Assembly (NCBI GenBank): GCA_022605425.2
Contig: CM061251.1
Location: 434,001 to 498,000 of the forward strand
DNA from: Hamiltosporidium tvaerminnensis FI-OER-3-3
Lineage: Eukaryota; Fungi; Microsporidia
DNA length: 64,000 bases
Direction: 5' to 3'
Of this stretch, positions 30,767-45,359 are shown one piece after another (the first letter of the stretch is position 1; the number at the start of each line of letters is the position of its first letter). A program made the position numbers and the translations under genes. The notes beneath the pieces are model-generated. The model was not told where the DNA came from and did no database searches. It worked only from the letters and a program-made list of their open reading frames with translations.

Positions 30767-31505
30767 CAGTGGAGGAAAAATAACTACATAAAAATCTTTC
30801 TGCTTGGCAATGAGTGTGTGAAAGTAGTGTGAGGATCATTGTTTGGATTTTCTGTGGAAATACAACCACACTACATCTTCGGTTGTTCCATGGGAGTTGT
30901 TATGAGGAGGAGGGGTCTAAGAAATGACGAAACTTTTTCTACAAATTTATTTGTAGTTTTTTATGTAACTAGATTGGAGACTGCAGCTGAATTCGTAAGT
31001 ATTATCATATAAAAGCATAGAAACCTAACCTTGCTCACCCGGGTTTGAAGACTTTGCGCCTGGGAGATACAAAACTAAAAACCATTAGAAGCCAAGAAAG
31101 CTAAGTAGCAGGTTATATCTGTTAGTATGACATTGCACTGTCTAGGTAGACCCCATGTAAATCTCTGAAATATATCTTAGCTAAAAGTTGTTGGGTTCAG
31201 AAAGTGTAGAGTAGGTGGAAATGCTGCAAAGTCTTGAGGAGCTCAGGGTGGGCTTCGGCCTTTTATCACACTCAATGCAACTAACATTAACGAACTCCGG
31301 GCAACTGCCTTACCTATTAATTAGGCTCTATATACCTGATAGATGAAAGGCTTTGGAACGTAGGTATCGCAGGGGGTATGATGGTGTATTGGGGGAGCAG
31401 TTATTTATGTTAAACCTAGACATGCGTTAATGTAATGAAAACAAATATAACACTTGTCACTATTATAAAAAGATGTTATACCTATAAATAAAGTTTTATT
31501 TTGTC
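30767..31505 (+). mobile_element. ~740-bp non-coding element, full-length copy 1 (739 bp), flanked by 11-bp direct repeat TTATCTATTAC
   Basis: TTATCTATTAC at 30756-30766 and 31506-31516. Aligns end to end with 46342-47079. More GC-rich than its flanks, with no ORF >=60 aa and no terminal inverted repeats. Confidence 0.9.
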
Positions 31506-34500
31506 TTATCTATTACAATTTCTAAATGAAATATTTAACTATCATTTCACAGCAATATAGATATATCGCTACTTACATTTAATGTTTAGGCCAACCCCCT
31601 GGATATCAATTCTATTGTTTTTTAGCCATGTTGTACAAGAAAACAGATCGGTAGGCTCGGAATATATATTTGCAATATATACAAGGTAACTTTTGGCTAT
31701 TACCAATAACATCCTTTGACGGATTTAAAATGGGTTTTGAAATCATAGAATATTTATTTGCAGAGTAAATAATTTTTTTATGGTTTTATACTACTTGCTT
31801 AAGAATATGATATCATCTGTGGAAGATTTGAGTAAAAAATTGCTTTTATATTGCAGGTTGTTTTGAAACATTATGATTTGTCAAAGTTTATATCGTACAG
31901 TGAAAATCTTGAATTATTTATTTTTCTTATTGTGATTTTTTGTTATAAATTATAATTTAATTTATATCAAAATTAAAGAATTAAATTTGCATTCCAGAAT
32001 TATTATGATTTTTAATCGTAAAGTAATGGATAAATTTTTACCAATATGTAATATAATTTAGTGCTTTGCTTATCTATTGTGCTATAGATTTTTAGAAATG
32101 TAATTCTATGACATACAAAAGCCTACCAGTATTTTTCAATTTGTTATTTTGATCAAGAACCTCAAGATATTTCTTGTAATTTAATCACACATCAAATTTT
32201 CAAATGATGAGTTGAAATTTTTTTGAGCATCATATCAAGTTTATATTGCTATGAAATAACATATAAAGTCACGCTAGTAAATTTTTGAACTAAGGCGTAG
32301 CAAAAAACGAATATTTTTTCATATGATATATTTAATAAAATTAGATTTAAGTTTATACAATTTGAAAATGATTTTTTTACACTTCGAAGAGCTATTTTAA
32401 AATTTTCTATGCTATAAATTAATAAATGCCACTTTTTGTGTTAAAAAACGATGTAGATCTAAATACATTGAATAATAGTGTTTTAAATATGAAGTAAGTA
32501 ATTACTACTTTTCAGTTAGTTGAAACATGTTGAGCAATAATGTATAGGTCGCGATTGAGAGATTTTGGCTTTTAACTTTTTATAAATCATCTAATATGAC
32601 GAAGTTCTTAAAATATATATTTGTAAAATGTTTTGAGTACGAAAATTTCACTAGTGTCAAATTAAAAACTCAATGTCACACTAATCAAATTTTATGAAAA
32701 GAAGTCAAATAGGTATATGTTCTTTACCATCTTACGTAAAACATGAGTTTATAATTTTTTAACAAAAGTTAATATTTTAAGATGATTTGTATTATACATT
32801 TAGACATCGTAACAAATATATCATTTTATATATAACAATTTTGCAATTAACAATTGAAACTTTTAAATTGACTTTTTGACTTTTAAATTTATAATATATA
32901 GAACTTAAATTTAAGATGCATTTGAACAATCTTTTAATAAAATTTTACATTATGTATTTGATTTTTATAGTATATTTTATATTTTTTTTTAAAAATATGT
33001 ACAAAACCTTTTTTTCATTAGAGTGTTTATTTGTCCTACAGATTGAACACAATCTACTCTGAATTAGAGCTTTACCAATATATAGGCGTCAGAGTAAGAT
33101 TTTTCTTATAATTAGCTAACTTGTCGGTCCAACGCAAATTTTATTGTACGAAAGATCAATTGAACACCAGACAGAGACTGGAAACCAGTGTTTCGGAATT
33201 GAATTTCGATTTCCGGATTAGACTTCGGGTATATTCAACTTTATTAACACAAACTATGATCCTTTTTATTATTATTATTTTATAGATCTATTTACCAAGT
33301 AAATGTTTTAAGCAACGTCGTATTGAAAAAATATAACGTTCCTTTGTATCAGTTTTAGTTAATTTGAGAATTTTTTTGATTTAAATTAAAGTTTATTTAA
33401 ATGATAGTTTTTTGTGGCAATCAAAATGTAAAAGTCTTTTTAAAATTATTAACTGTAGGTATTCTTTGTATTTTTCGTATTTATTATCCTCACGAGTATT
33501 TTACTGAGAAATATGATTATTTTGAAAACTTTTATAGTCCATTAAAATTATTTTCTTTTTAAAAATTATTATTAGGGTTTTAACGCAAATCCTGTAGTTG
33601 ATAATTTAAGCACTCCGATTTATATTAGCCACTATATATTACTTCTGAATATTTTTCTGTTATTTCAATTTTCTGATTATTATTAGGGGAAAATATCATC
33701 TAGAAAGTTTAGTGGAAACATGCATATATTTTTTAGAATATTCTAAACAATTTAAAAATTTGTACTGTTTGTTGTTCGAAATAAGCCTAATTTCATTGAA
33801 TGGGCTTTTTCAAGCAAAAATGCTTCTGATATAGTTTTTTTTTTTAAACACTTGCTTATTCATATACCAAGTTGTTGATAATATATTGAGATTATGGGCC
33901 GCAAAATATAGAGTAAGAGAAGAGTATCTAAAGTAAATATTATATACTGATAAATTGCCGAAATAGTGATTATTTAAGCTCTGTATATAAAATATTGAAT
34001 AAAATAAATATCAAACAATTTAAAAGAAATTACAGTCCGATAACAAATATTATGTAGAAGAAAAATATTAAGATATATAGTAGCGAACGTTAGTTAGAAT
34101 AAATTTGATAGGCAGTAGCTGATAACATACGAAAATTTAGAGAAATTTTTAAGACTTAATTTATAATAGAAAATCATTTTGGAAGAATATAAGACGATAT
34201 GGAATTACTGAAATATAAATTAAACACGTAACCTTTATTTAGAAGTGTTTCTTCAAACAACTCTTAATACTATATAATCGAGTGTTTTCTATTATTTACT
34301 GATACTCCTACTAATATTTTTTAAAAATTATTTTAACTGATTTTTCTAAATTGTTATACCAATGACATGATTTATTATATCATAAGTTCTTTTGTAAAAC
34401 CTTATTATAATATTAATTTATATGTGTGTTATTTGTCGAATTCCAATCTGGAATTTTATGTATTATAGCTAGGATTAAATGCTTAATCAATTTTATATTT

Positions 34501-35379
34501 ATTTAATAAATGACACCATAAAACAAATGAAATCCTTACTATTTATATTTTATCTATATTTTGAACTGCTTTATTATGAATTGGATCAATAGGTCCCTAA
34601 AATGTTCTCAGATAATAATATCTGTAGAAACAGAACAGCTAAATACTAATTTTATATATAAATTACATATTGAATCTAGATTTGTGAATAAAAAATTTGC
34701 TAAAAAATTACAAACGTATATTAGTATCATCTTGACTCTTATATCTTATGATTCGACACTGGAATACGATTGAAATAAAATTACTTAAGTATTCTTTAAA
34801 ACCTCTGTTTAGTTCAGAAATTTCTTTCGTGTTTATTAAAAGATGATCAGGCACTAGAACGAAATGGATTTCATTTATGGATAAAATATATTGTTAAATT
34901 TTATTTTTTATTTGAGTGTAGGAAATTTAAATTATAAATATAAACGCAAGTTTTTTAGAAGTATAGGGATTCAAACGTTCCACTATTAGATTTTAAAACA
35001 AATAAAAGCTTTCCATATAAACAGAGTTTCTTATCTTATAGCTATGTCTAAAAGAAACCTTTTTATACGGATATATTTGCCTCGATTTATGTATTTAACA
35101 GGATCAAGAATTATTTATATTGAACTGAAAAACTCATCAATCGGATTAAATAGTAGAAAACTTTTACAGTAAATATAAACACAAAATGCTTATTAAAAAA
35201 GCAAAAAAATAAATTTTTAAAGTTTAATTACAATAAGCTGCCATTAGTTGGGCGCATACTAATCATACACATCATTTAGTCTCAAAGATCCAGGTAGAAA
35301 AAAAATTTGAATATATATTTTTCTATTTTTGGTAGAGACACTTTTGTGCATCTTTTGATATATCAACTTAAATATTATT

Positions 35380-36302
35380 TATATAATTCAGTAATATACC
35401 AACGACGAAGACTCACCTCGAAATGTTTTATTGTTAAAGGAATATAAGACACCAATAATAGTTATTCAATTCGGATATGTTGCTTTCTATTTGTTCATAA
35501 AACTTGCGAAACTGATTATAGTGAGTAGAAGTGAACATAAAACAAATAAAAAGATTCTATTGGTTAAAAAAAATTTAAAATAAAAATTGTAAATTTTCTT
35601 CTAAATTATATTATTTATCAAGAATTCATAATATATTTGTTAGTTTAATTTTCTAACGTTTGCATTTTATAAAAAAAAAGTTTAAATGAATTCGTTAAGA
35701 TTTCTTTTCTTAAATTTTAAGTTACATAAAATATTTTATGATGAAATAAATGCTTTTTTGCTTTTATTTTTTTTAATATATTTATATTCTCAATAAATAT
35801 TGCAAAAAAAAAAATTTGCTCGAATAGTTTCGTGGAACTTTAGACTTTATAAAACCAAAGGAATTTTAATTAAAGGGAATATAAAGTTATACAATACAAT
35901 AAATTAACAAATAGCATATAGTTTAAAAAACGGTTTTTTTAGACAAATAAAAGACTTCACAAGAATACATTTCTTTGAGATAAGATACACAATTGAATAA
36001 AAATAGGCGAAAAGTGAAACGAACAAACATAAAATGCCGAGCTGAAGTTTTGAAAAATTGAAAGTAAATATAAAAGAAGAAGAGAAATAGGCAGTTAAAA
36101 AAAATATAGTTTATTGGGTAACTTACTCAAAGCAGGCAATAATTTGCAAATAAAAGACTAAAAAAATTTTACGAGAAGCAGACTAGGTGAGAATTGAAAT
36201 TTTTATTGAGATTATTAGACATTTATTACTAAAATAGTTAACTCCAAGATTGTTTTCTGCTTTTTTTTCTTATGAATGTGAAAGAAAGTTTGTTTCTACG
36301 AC
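35380..36302. repeat. Dispersed ~0.9-kb repeat, copy b (partner at 13590-14490)
   Basis: Same collinear blocks as copy a. The minus strand has hydrophobic, stop-interrupted stretches such as LQLGILCLFVSLFAYFLFNC. Confidence 0.8.
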
Positions 36303-39300
36303 TTAACGTCTAGTTTAATTTTATTATACAGATTAATAGTTATAAACCTTTTTTTCTATAAGGAAATAATTTAAATATCTACATTTCATTCGTTTTGGCC
36401 TATTTTTATACTCTTTTTGCATATTGGTAATTAAAATCGAATTATTTGAACAATTCGTATCGCAATAAATACAATAAAAGTATATTTCTACTTTTTTTTA
36501 ATACTACATTTAGAAAGATAATGTAATTTTTCTACTTATTGATATATCTCAAAAAGCCTGAAATTCTTACATAAAGTTAGGTATTACCTAAGCCATTTTA
36601 CATACTTACATATTTATATGTATGTTTATGTTAATGTTTCTAAATGACTTAATCTTTTTTCATAGGTATTTTTGAATATCATACTGGAAAAAAATTAAAT
36701 CTTATGTACACTAAGAGAAGCTTTCTATTTATAAATAAAGCGAGAAATTTAGATACTATATACATTTTTTTCTATTATTATTTTCTTTTAAAGATTATTA
36801 ACTGCATAATTGGATGAGTTGTGAGTTAGCAAATAAAAATAAATTTTGAAATGTGAAAACGTATACCATAGAATATATTATGCTAATATTTTTTTCTTCA
36901 AAGAATTGTTTTAAACATAAAATTCCTGTAAAATCGAAAAAAAGAGGGTGTCTTTGTTTGTAAAATAATGTACTTCTATATGCGCAACTCAAGAAGTACC
37001 TGCTATTCTAAATTAATTGAAGCAATGACCAGAGTATAACTAAAAATATTTCCTAGCATATAAATCTTCTGCTATAACACAAGTAAACTTGAAATATTGC
37101 CAAAAAAAATAGATTACTTTGATGTTTTATATATTGAGAAAATTTTGCCTCTTTTAGAAATATTGATCGTTTTTTTGTCATACTGTTCGGCAGAGGTTAA
37201 ATTCAAATATAAGTCTAACAGATAAATCTTTTGCATTTAGTTAACACAAATTTTGTGCCAATGACAGTTGTTTCGATAGCTTTCTAATACTATATCATAC
37301 AAATGTATGAAATCTCTTTTTAAATAGATCTAATTTTTTATTTTTTCCAAACATTTTTGCAATGGCCAAAATATATTTAGTATCCGATTCTAACTCTTAT
37401 GGTCTCGTATAATACATCATTGTTTCGTCCTTCTAAGATCATAATTTTGTGTCATTAAATCTGAATTTATCTAGCTTAAATGATTTTCAGAATAAAAGTC
37501 GATGTCGATATAATTGATTTTATATGCCTTCCTATTCAATAAAAGAAATAAAATTTTTTTAAGGTCATAAATTAAAAAAATTGCTGGTTATTACGTAGTT
37601 TTCATGTACCAAAATCTAAACAGAATTCAATGAAATTGTGTTTTCCGTTGTTTTTCTGTTAAAGAAGTGTTTAATAAAGAATGAAAGATATGGAAATTCA
37701 ATTTAAGCAAATCTGAAATTTCAAAATATAATTTCCTAAGAGCATGTGGATAGAAATGAGTAGCTATACCTTATGGTAGAACTCTAGTTAGCTAGATAGC
37801 TGTAATTTTTAATTAACATGTACAAAAATACTAAAACTATCGATTTTTTTAACTTTTGCAATTCGAACGTATGGAAAAATATAAAAACTTTAATAGTTTG
37901 TTTATCTGATATAAACAGGTTAATAATACGAATCTATTAGTGGTTAACCTTGTTTGAATTGTTTTTGCACTTTTTAAAAAAAGCCTCAGGTATACATAAT
38001 TTCAACTAAAATATCACTAAATAGTTTTAAAATCAAATATTTATGATTTAGTCTGCTTTTAAATTATTATAATTAGGAAACGGCGTAACTTGCCAAACAA
38101 AGATTTTAATAATGAAATAATAATTATATTACTGAATGGTTCTGTATTATATTCGCTTTATTTGCAATCATAAAGATATGATAGGAGAAAAAAGTTTATT
38201 AAAATTTCTTCATATAGTGCTAAAAATAGTCTCTTGCTATTTCAAAATCTTTTTAAATTAAAATCTTTTAAATGAATAAGTAATCTACATATTTATATTT
38301 TTTTGATTGGAATTATGCTAAAAGATTAAACCTTACTTTAAAGACTGTTTCGTTGTCTAGAATAAGAAAAAATAATTCATCAAATATTATTTTGGACTAA
38401 AAGCAAAATATTGTCAAAGTTATTTTCCGTAATTTATTAAAATATAATTCTGCCATCAAAAATTTAAATCTATATTTTGATTTTCTATTGAAAACATAAG
38501 TGCTTTTATATACTTTAGTAATTTTGAGTTATGTAAAATATTATATAATGAGACCGTTGATACAAAACCATACTAAAATACTATATATTTAGACTCTAAT
38601 TTTCTCTGGAAACCTAAAATACAAATTTAGCTAATATCTTTTACTAGTAAATCAAAGCTTTGAATTTAAAAGGTTTTATCTTGACTTTTGATTCCTTAAG
38701 TCTATTTCCTCTGACTACTGTCTTCGGATTTGTTAATCAATTTTTTCAATCTCAGCAATGAAAAGGGCAAACAATAATATAAATAATTCTGTTTTTTGGG
38801 GGAGGGCAGTTTATATAAATTCTGTGATTTTGTGATTTTTTTATATACAGTTAATGTTCTGTCAGAAGTTTTAAATTCGAATACATTCTTGACAAGTCTT
38901 AGTTTAAAATCCAATATTGATTTGCTTTTTAACTTTTCAAAAAAATTATATTTGAAATGAACAAACCCAACTCTATATCTTTTTTAGATGCAATCTAAAA
39001 TAAGCGTTCATATATATCTTAATGTAAAACTCGTAGTTTTTGGGGGACTTTAATGCTACTAAATTCTTTTGACGGTATTGATTTTTTATTAATATGTATT
39101 AAGTAATTAATTTTGGTTTAATTTTATTTTTTTGATTGGTTTGAATAAATGGTTCAAAACCATATCTATTTTTTGTAAAATGAGTTCGTATAACTAGATC
39201 CTTTTTAGTGTAGAATGTATACTAGAAAAATATTTAAAGAAAGATAAATGTTTTTTTCATTTTTTAAATCCAAAATAAAATTTAAATCATTAGAATGTAT

Positions 39301-42300
39301 ATTTATTTATAAGTGCGATGTTGTTTGTTATAAAACCTTTTCGCAAACCAGATGTTGGTATGAAGTTCAAATTTTAGGATAGAGCTGATAGTTTCAGTTG
39401 GCGTAAAGCAATTTATTTTGTTTATTTTTATTGTTATTCGCAAAGATAAAATCGATATTAAAAAGAAATTTTCATGATTGTTGATTCAATCTAGCAATTT
39501 AAAATTGAAAAATGGTTTCATAAATTTATTCTGTATGTGCTAGAACTAGAGAGTTCAAATTTACGTAAGGTTTTATATTCCTAATATATTTAACTTTTGT
39601 TACAGCTAATAGTAATACTACGATACTTTCTTAAGCAAGAAGTTTTGACCGTGTTTATATATAAAAATTAACAAAGATATAATGATTGTATAAAATTTTT
39701 ACTTTTATTTTTTATTTTCATAATACATATTTATAAATGTATTGTTTTTGGGCTGAAAGCTTCGAAAATTACTAAAGCTTCATTTTGTAATGATTATTAA
39801 AAAATATGCCATTTATGTAACATTGCAAGTTTGGACAAAAAATGCTGAAAAAGGGAAGAATCGATTAAAATTAGTACTTAAAATTTTTTAAAAATGTACT
39901 GGTAGACTATTAATTATGTAATATCTTCTCTGTCGTTTTAGTATTTAATGTTTCTATTTATATTTGTTTGCATTAGATAGCAAGGACGTATAGGTTTTTT
40001 ACTAAAAAAAATAATTGAAAATAATTACTTCTTCATATTATGGGATTTTTTATTAAAAAAATCTTATGCTATCAGTGCTAAGGAAAATATATTTTTTGGA
40101 AGAGGTATCTGCAAAAAAATTGTATTTTTTATATCAAAAAAAAATCGAAATGGCAAACATAGACAAAAAAATCGGAATATTTTACTGAGTATATTACTAA
40201 TTTATAATAGGCATTATAAAAATATGATCTGAGATTGTATTAGCAAATCACAGAAAAACATATTATATAGTGTCGTGTATTACCTGTGTTAAAAATCTTT
40301 ACAATATATTATTTAAAACGAGAGAACTACATACGGGCATTCTAGTTGCAAATGTATATACTAATACAGATGAACTTTAAAATATTATCTTACTGATGTA
40401 AGCTTGTCCTTGATAATAAAATCGTTACACCTTGTTAGCAGTTTAATAAAAAGATAATAGGTACATAATCTTTTTCTAAGGGTTTATACGCTGTTACTGG
40501 CTTATTTTTTTTACGGTTAGAGCTGGCTGTTTATATTCGAGTTTTGGTTTTTTTGCAAAATATTGACATTCATTTCTGGCATAGAATATTTTTTAGACTA
40601 AAATATGTAAAATTTAATTTCAAAGATTTATTAAATCTTACTTTGAGCTTTTCATTTTTATTTTTTATGGCCAAAGTAAATTTTTCTAAGCAGAATCAAA
40701 TTTTTTTTATATATTAATTATGATTCTAAAATCATTGATACAACAATAGTATATTGAGAAGACTTGTGTAAGTAAATATTGTATTTTAGATTATTTGTGT
40801 GTAAAATAAGATTTTCATTTGTATTTTATTTGAAATGTGGTTTAAAAGCGCAATTTTTTGGCTGATAATAAACATTTATATTTTTTCTTTTACCTTTATA
40901 AAAACTATATTGTAGAAATTTATGTATTTCGAATCAAAAATTTTACTGCATTTTTAGCCTTTTTAATTTCAGAAATGAATATATCGTTGATTATTAATGT
41001 GCTTAAAAATGTTATTTATTTAAAGTAAAAAAATCGTAACATTATTATAATTTTATAACTTGTGATCTTTTGTTGTCAATCATAAAATTAAAAAGCGTTC
41101 TTAATATCATAATGATGGCTTACTGTTAGCAAAGCGAAATCTTTTTAATCCAATAGAAATAATTTAGAGGTAAGAATTTTTTTCAGACTGTTACTCTTTC
41201 AAATTGTTTATCGATTACAAATGGTGCTATTAAGTCCATATCGAAAAATATATTTTAGTTAATCATCATGCCTATTATAGTATAGTAAATTACATACATA
41301 TCTTGTTATGGCAGAAAATGTATTGTATAAGTCGAAGCTTATTTTGAAATTCTAATGGTCAATTTAAAAAAATCGATCTATTTTTAATGTTATAGAGTTC
41401 ATACCATTGAATACAAGTTTTTAATTAAACTTCTAAAAATTAATTCTTCAGCATAATTTTACAAAAAAATTCAAGGTCGATCAATGTTGTATAAAAATGA
41501 TTTTTTTTTAAATCGTAAACTATTTCTTAAAATTATATCATAGACAGAAATTTTTAAAAATGTTTATTGCATTAATTTGAAAAGGAAATACAGATTGTAG
41601 GAATTTGGATAGATGAAAAATTAACTGTAAAAATAAAATTTTAAATATTTCGATTGAATAGTCAAATAATATCTCCGTCCGAATGACCCAGAATCATATA
41701 ATATAAGTAGGATTTTGGAGATTAATTAAAAAAATACATTGATTTTAGCATCATTTGAGCTTATACAGTCACATCAATAATCAAGACTCTATATATTATC
41801 TTACATTCATTTGAGCATTAGAATTTATTTTGAATTTCATATTAAAAATCTTAACGATTCTTATTTAGATTGATTGTTTTGGTTTTATATCATCCAAAAA
41901 TGCACATGATGTTGAAAATTGTAATGAGAATCAATGGAATCTGATCTTTAACCCAAACGTGCGCGAAAACTATATAAATAATGAGCTGATTCTATGTGAA
42001 AATTATAGGTTTAAGAGTTTAATCGCTGGTAAGTTTTTTTAATTCATAATAATGAAATTCTTGTTGCATTCAAATTTTCTGCAGATGAAAAACCTAATTC
42101 TAAATACACGATATACCCCAGTAGGTAAGTTAATTCCAGTTTATGAGATGGTAGAAAATATTGATCATTTAAGCAGAATTATTTTTTTTATAGAAGGATA
42201 ACACGAAAAGGGAGAAAAATTTATGAAACAGAATTAGCACTAATATAACTCCGACTCGTTTTTGGATTTCAGGACGTAAAATATTAAGACCTTCTCACTA

Positions 42301-45300
42301 TTTGATGGGAACAGAAAAATGCGGCTTGAGTTTTTTCGCTTCTGTGTATTGTCGTTTTTATACAAATAACCTTAGTATAGCAAACAAGGCATTTAAAAGT
42401 AAAAATATAATGTCTAATATTTTTATGGCCGCTTAAGTCATAAGGATAGCAATGTTTGCCGAATTTAGAAAATAGGTGTTTTTGTGGAGAAAAACTTACA
42501 AAAGCCTGAATCTTAATTTTTTTGACAGATAAATCCGAGTCTGCCTGTAATGTTGTTGTAAAATATTCGAATGCTCTCGGTTTGATCTAATGATAGATCT
42601 AACACAAGAAATAGCTTAAAATCCTAGGATTAAAAGGAAGGGATCTAGTTTAACAAATTGTAAAATAAAACTTTTAGCGTTCGCCCTTGTTTTTAGTTCA
42701 TTATACAAGGCTTATAATTGGCTAGATGCTTATTAAAGGCATGTTTTACACTAAATCTAGCATGTTTGTTTGGCACGGAAAACTGATTCGGCCTTAGATA
42801 CTTGAAAGATATGAATTTTTTAAATCAGAAACATTTTTATCGGTATTTAAATAGAATTCAGACAAAAAATATGTGTATTTTTATATAAAAAACTAAAATA
42901 CATTTCTTGTCTATCCGAAAATTGGCTATGGAATTCTCATTAATAAATATCTTTCTTTCTATTGCAATAAGAAATTATTTAATGTTTACATTTCAAGGTA
43001 TCTGGCTTGAGCCTGTTAAACCAATAATTATTCGAATATTTTGAAAATCAGATTCAGATTAGTATTATTCGGTTTAAATAGAATGTTTTGGATTGTTTTG
43101 CTCTTAGCACATTACGAATAGTAACAGAAATATTTTAATCAAATATTTTCATGTTCTCAAACTTTATTATAATGTGACTCGTTTTTACCTATCAATTTCA
43201 TATTTCAGTAACTTGATTTTTCATCTCTCGAACAATTGACTAATATACTTGTGTAAATATATTTTTATTGAATATATTGTTAAATTTGATCGTTTTTATA
43301 GCCTTAATACTTTTTTATAGCTTATACTATCTGTTATTAGAAAAATATTCTTAAGACTGTAATTTATTATTTCCTGGTTATAGTCTTATCTTACAAATAA
43401 ATTATGTAGCGTGTATCATATTATTTTATATTTTGACAATGAATTGTATAAAACAGGCTATAATTTAATAAGAATTCTTCATAGGAAATTAGAAATTTAT
43501 ATATATAATCAGATGGAATCACATAATTACGACAATAATATTCCTTGCTTTTTTTGTAAAAACTATTAGCTTGTTTATTTTATCCTTGGTTATATTTTCA
43601 ATTTAACCATAATCTATAAATCATTCATCTTAAAAACTTATTTTAGTAGAAAAGTTTATTTTTAAATTACTCATTAAATTTTAAGTTAGAATAATCTTGC
43701 CAAGTTATTCTTCTTTTTTGATATAATTTATTATATGAATACAATGAACAACTTTTTTTGAGAATTCTATCTTTGTATCAAGATCTTTGTGTGGCAACGA
43801 ATAATGTAATATTATTTCCAAAAAAAGGTCATAATAGTAGAATTTCGCTTCATAAGAGCAACCATAGTGATTTGATTTCAAGTCTTTAATCGTATGAAAG
43901 TAATCTTTAATTAAATGAATCATACAGAATTATACACATGACAAATTCGTTATTCCATTTTTATAAATTTCTATCTTTTATATAAATTAAAAGCCATTAA
44001 CTATAGAACCTTCAAGGTTTCTCATATTTTATTCACGTCCAGCAAAAACAAAATTTAACCTATAACTGATTCTATATTTTCTTTATCTTAGTTTTTTTTG
44101 GGTACAGCCAATCTATCATTTCAGATTTAATAGTTTACGAGAATTATAATTGGTATAATACATAACTCTATTTGAAATTCACTTTTATGTTGTGAAAAAT
44201 ATAAATTTAAAAACAGACCCAATTCACTTAGATTATGTTTGTATTATACTCAAAGACAGTGAATTAAATAATATTCTAAAAATATAATATTTTGAATTGA
44301 CTTCCTTCTCTAGATCTAAAAAAAGCTGACTATTAATTCTATAAATTAAGGAGCTAAGTCAAAATTTTGATTAAGTATTTCTTTTGTATGAAGATAAATT
44401 TTTCGAATTAATCTTGTAATTCTCTGTGGATTTATTTGAGTATTAGTATTATATAATCTGAAAAGGAATCTTTACATTTGTAAATTTTTGATTAATTTTC
44501 GCGGTTTAAAATTGCCCCATCTCTATTACCCCTTTGTATTTTCAATGTATTTATACCTCGGTTATTTTCTATTTATTCATCTTTAAAGCTCAGATTAAAA
44601 TAGAACTATTTTTTAAATATTAGAGGTCAAGCGAAAAAAAATGCTTGTATACTTTTAATTTTCCATCCAAAAATATTTATCTTTATAATATATAAATAAA
44701 ACCATTTCCTCCTATGTTAGCATTTCTTATTAAGAAAATAATACTAATTAAAAAATAAAGTAAAATTAAACGCGCTTTATTACACTTTTCTAGACAGTTT
44801 TTTTTGACAATTATTGTTTTCTGATTCTACCATATTATTAATAGAAATATTGTTACTCTATAGACAATATCATTATTAAAATCAATTAAACGGTGCGAGT
44901 TTAGTCAACGGATTTTCTTCGAAACCATTTTTTTATAAACCAAAATAACATTAAGGAATTTCGGTGTAGCTATTTTGAATCTTTACTTTCTATGATTCTT
45001 TTTTTTTTGTATTTCTCAAAATTTTTAATTATTCATGCAGCTGTTTCCAGATTCTTATCAATGACAGAAGAAGTAGTTTTTGATATTCAAGCAAGATATC
45101 GAAGCTCATTTACTTCTGTATACATTTCAGACGAAATCTATATATTCCACTGTGTATATCCTGAATCATGGTAATTTTGATGTTAATACCTCGGAACTAA
45201 TTTCGTCGAGTAATACTAAATCATAACTTATTTCCTTGGTACTATACCATCAGAACGAGGATTATTTAATTCAGGTTGATCGAAAAAAAGTGCAATAGTA

Positions 45301-45359
45301 ATTTATTTGTGTCAATATTTATTGTCTTATTATATGCCATATAACATCATTATGAAAAC

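Noticed and set aside
40330-40346. ACGGGCATTCTAGT, resembling a Helitron 3' end
   Set aside because: No hairpin partner and no 5' terminus identifiable.
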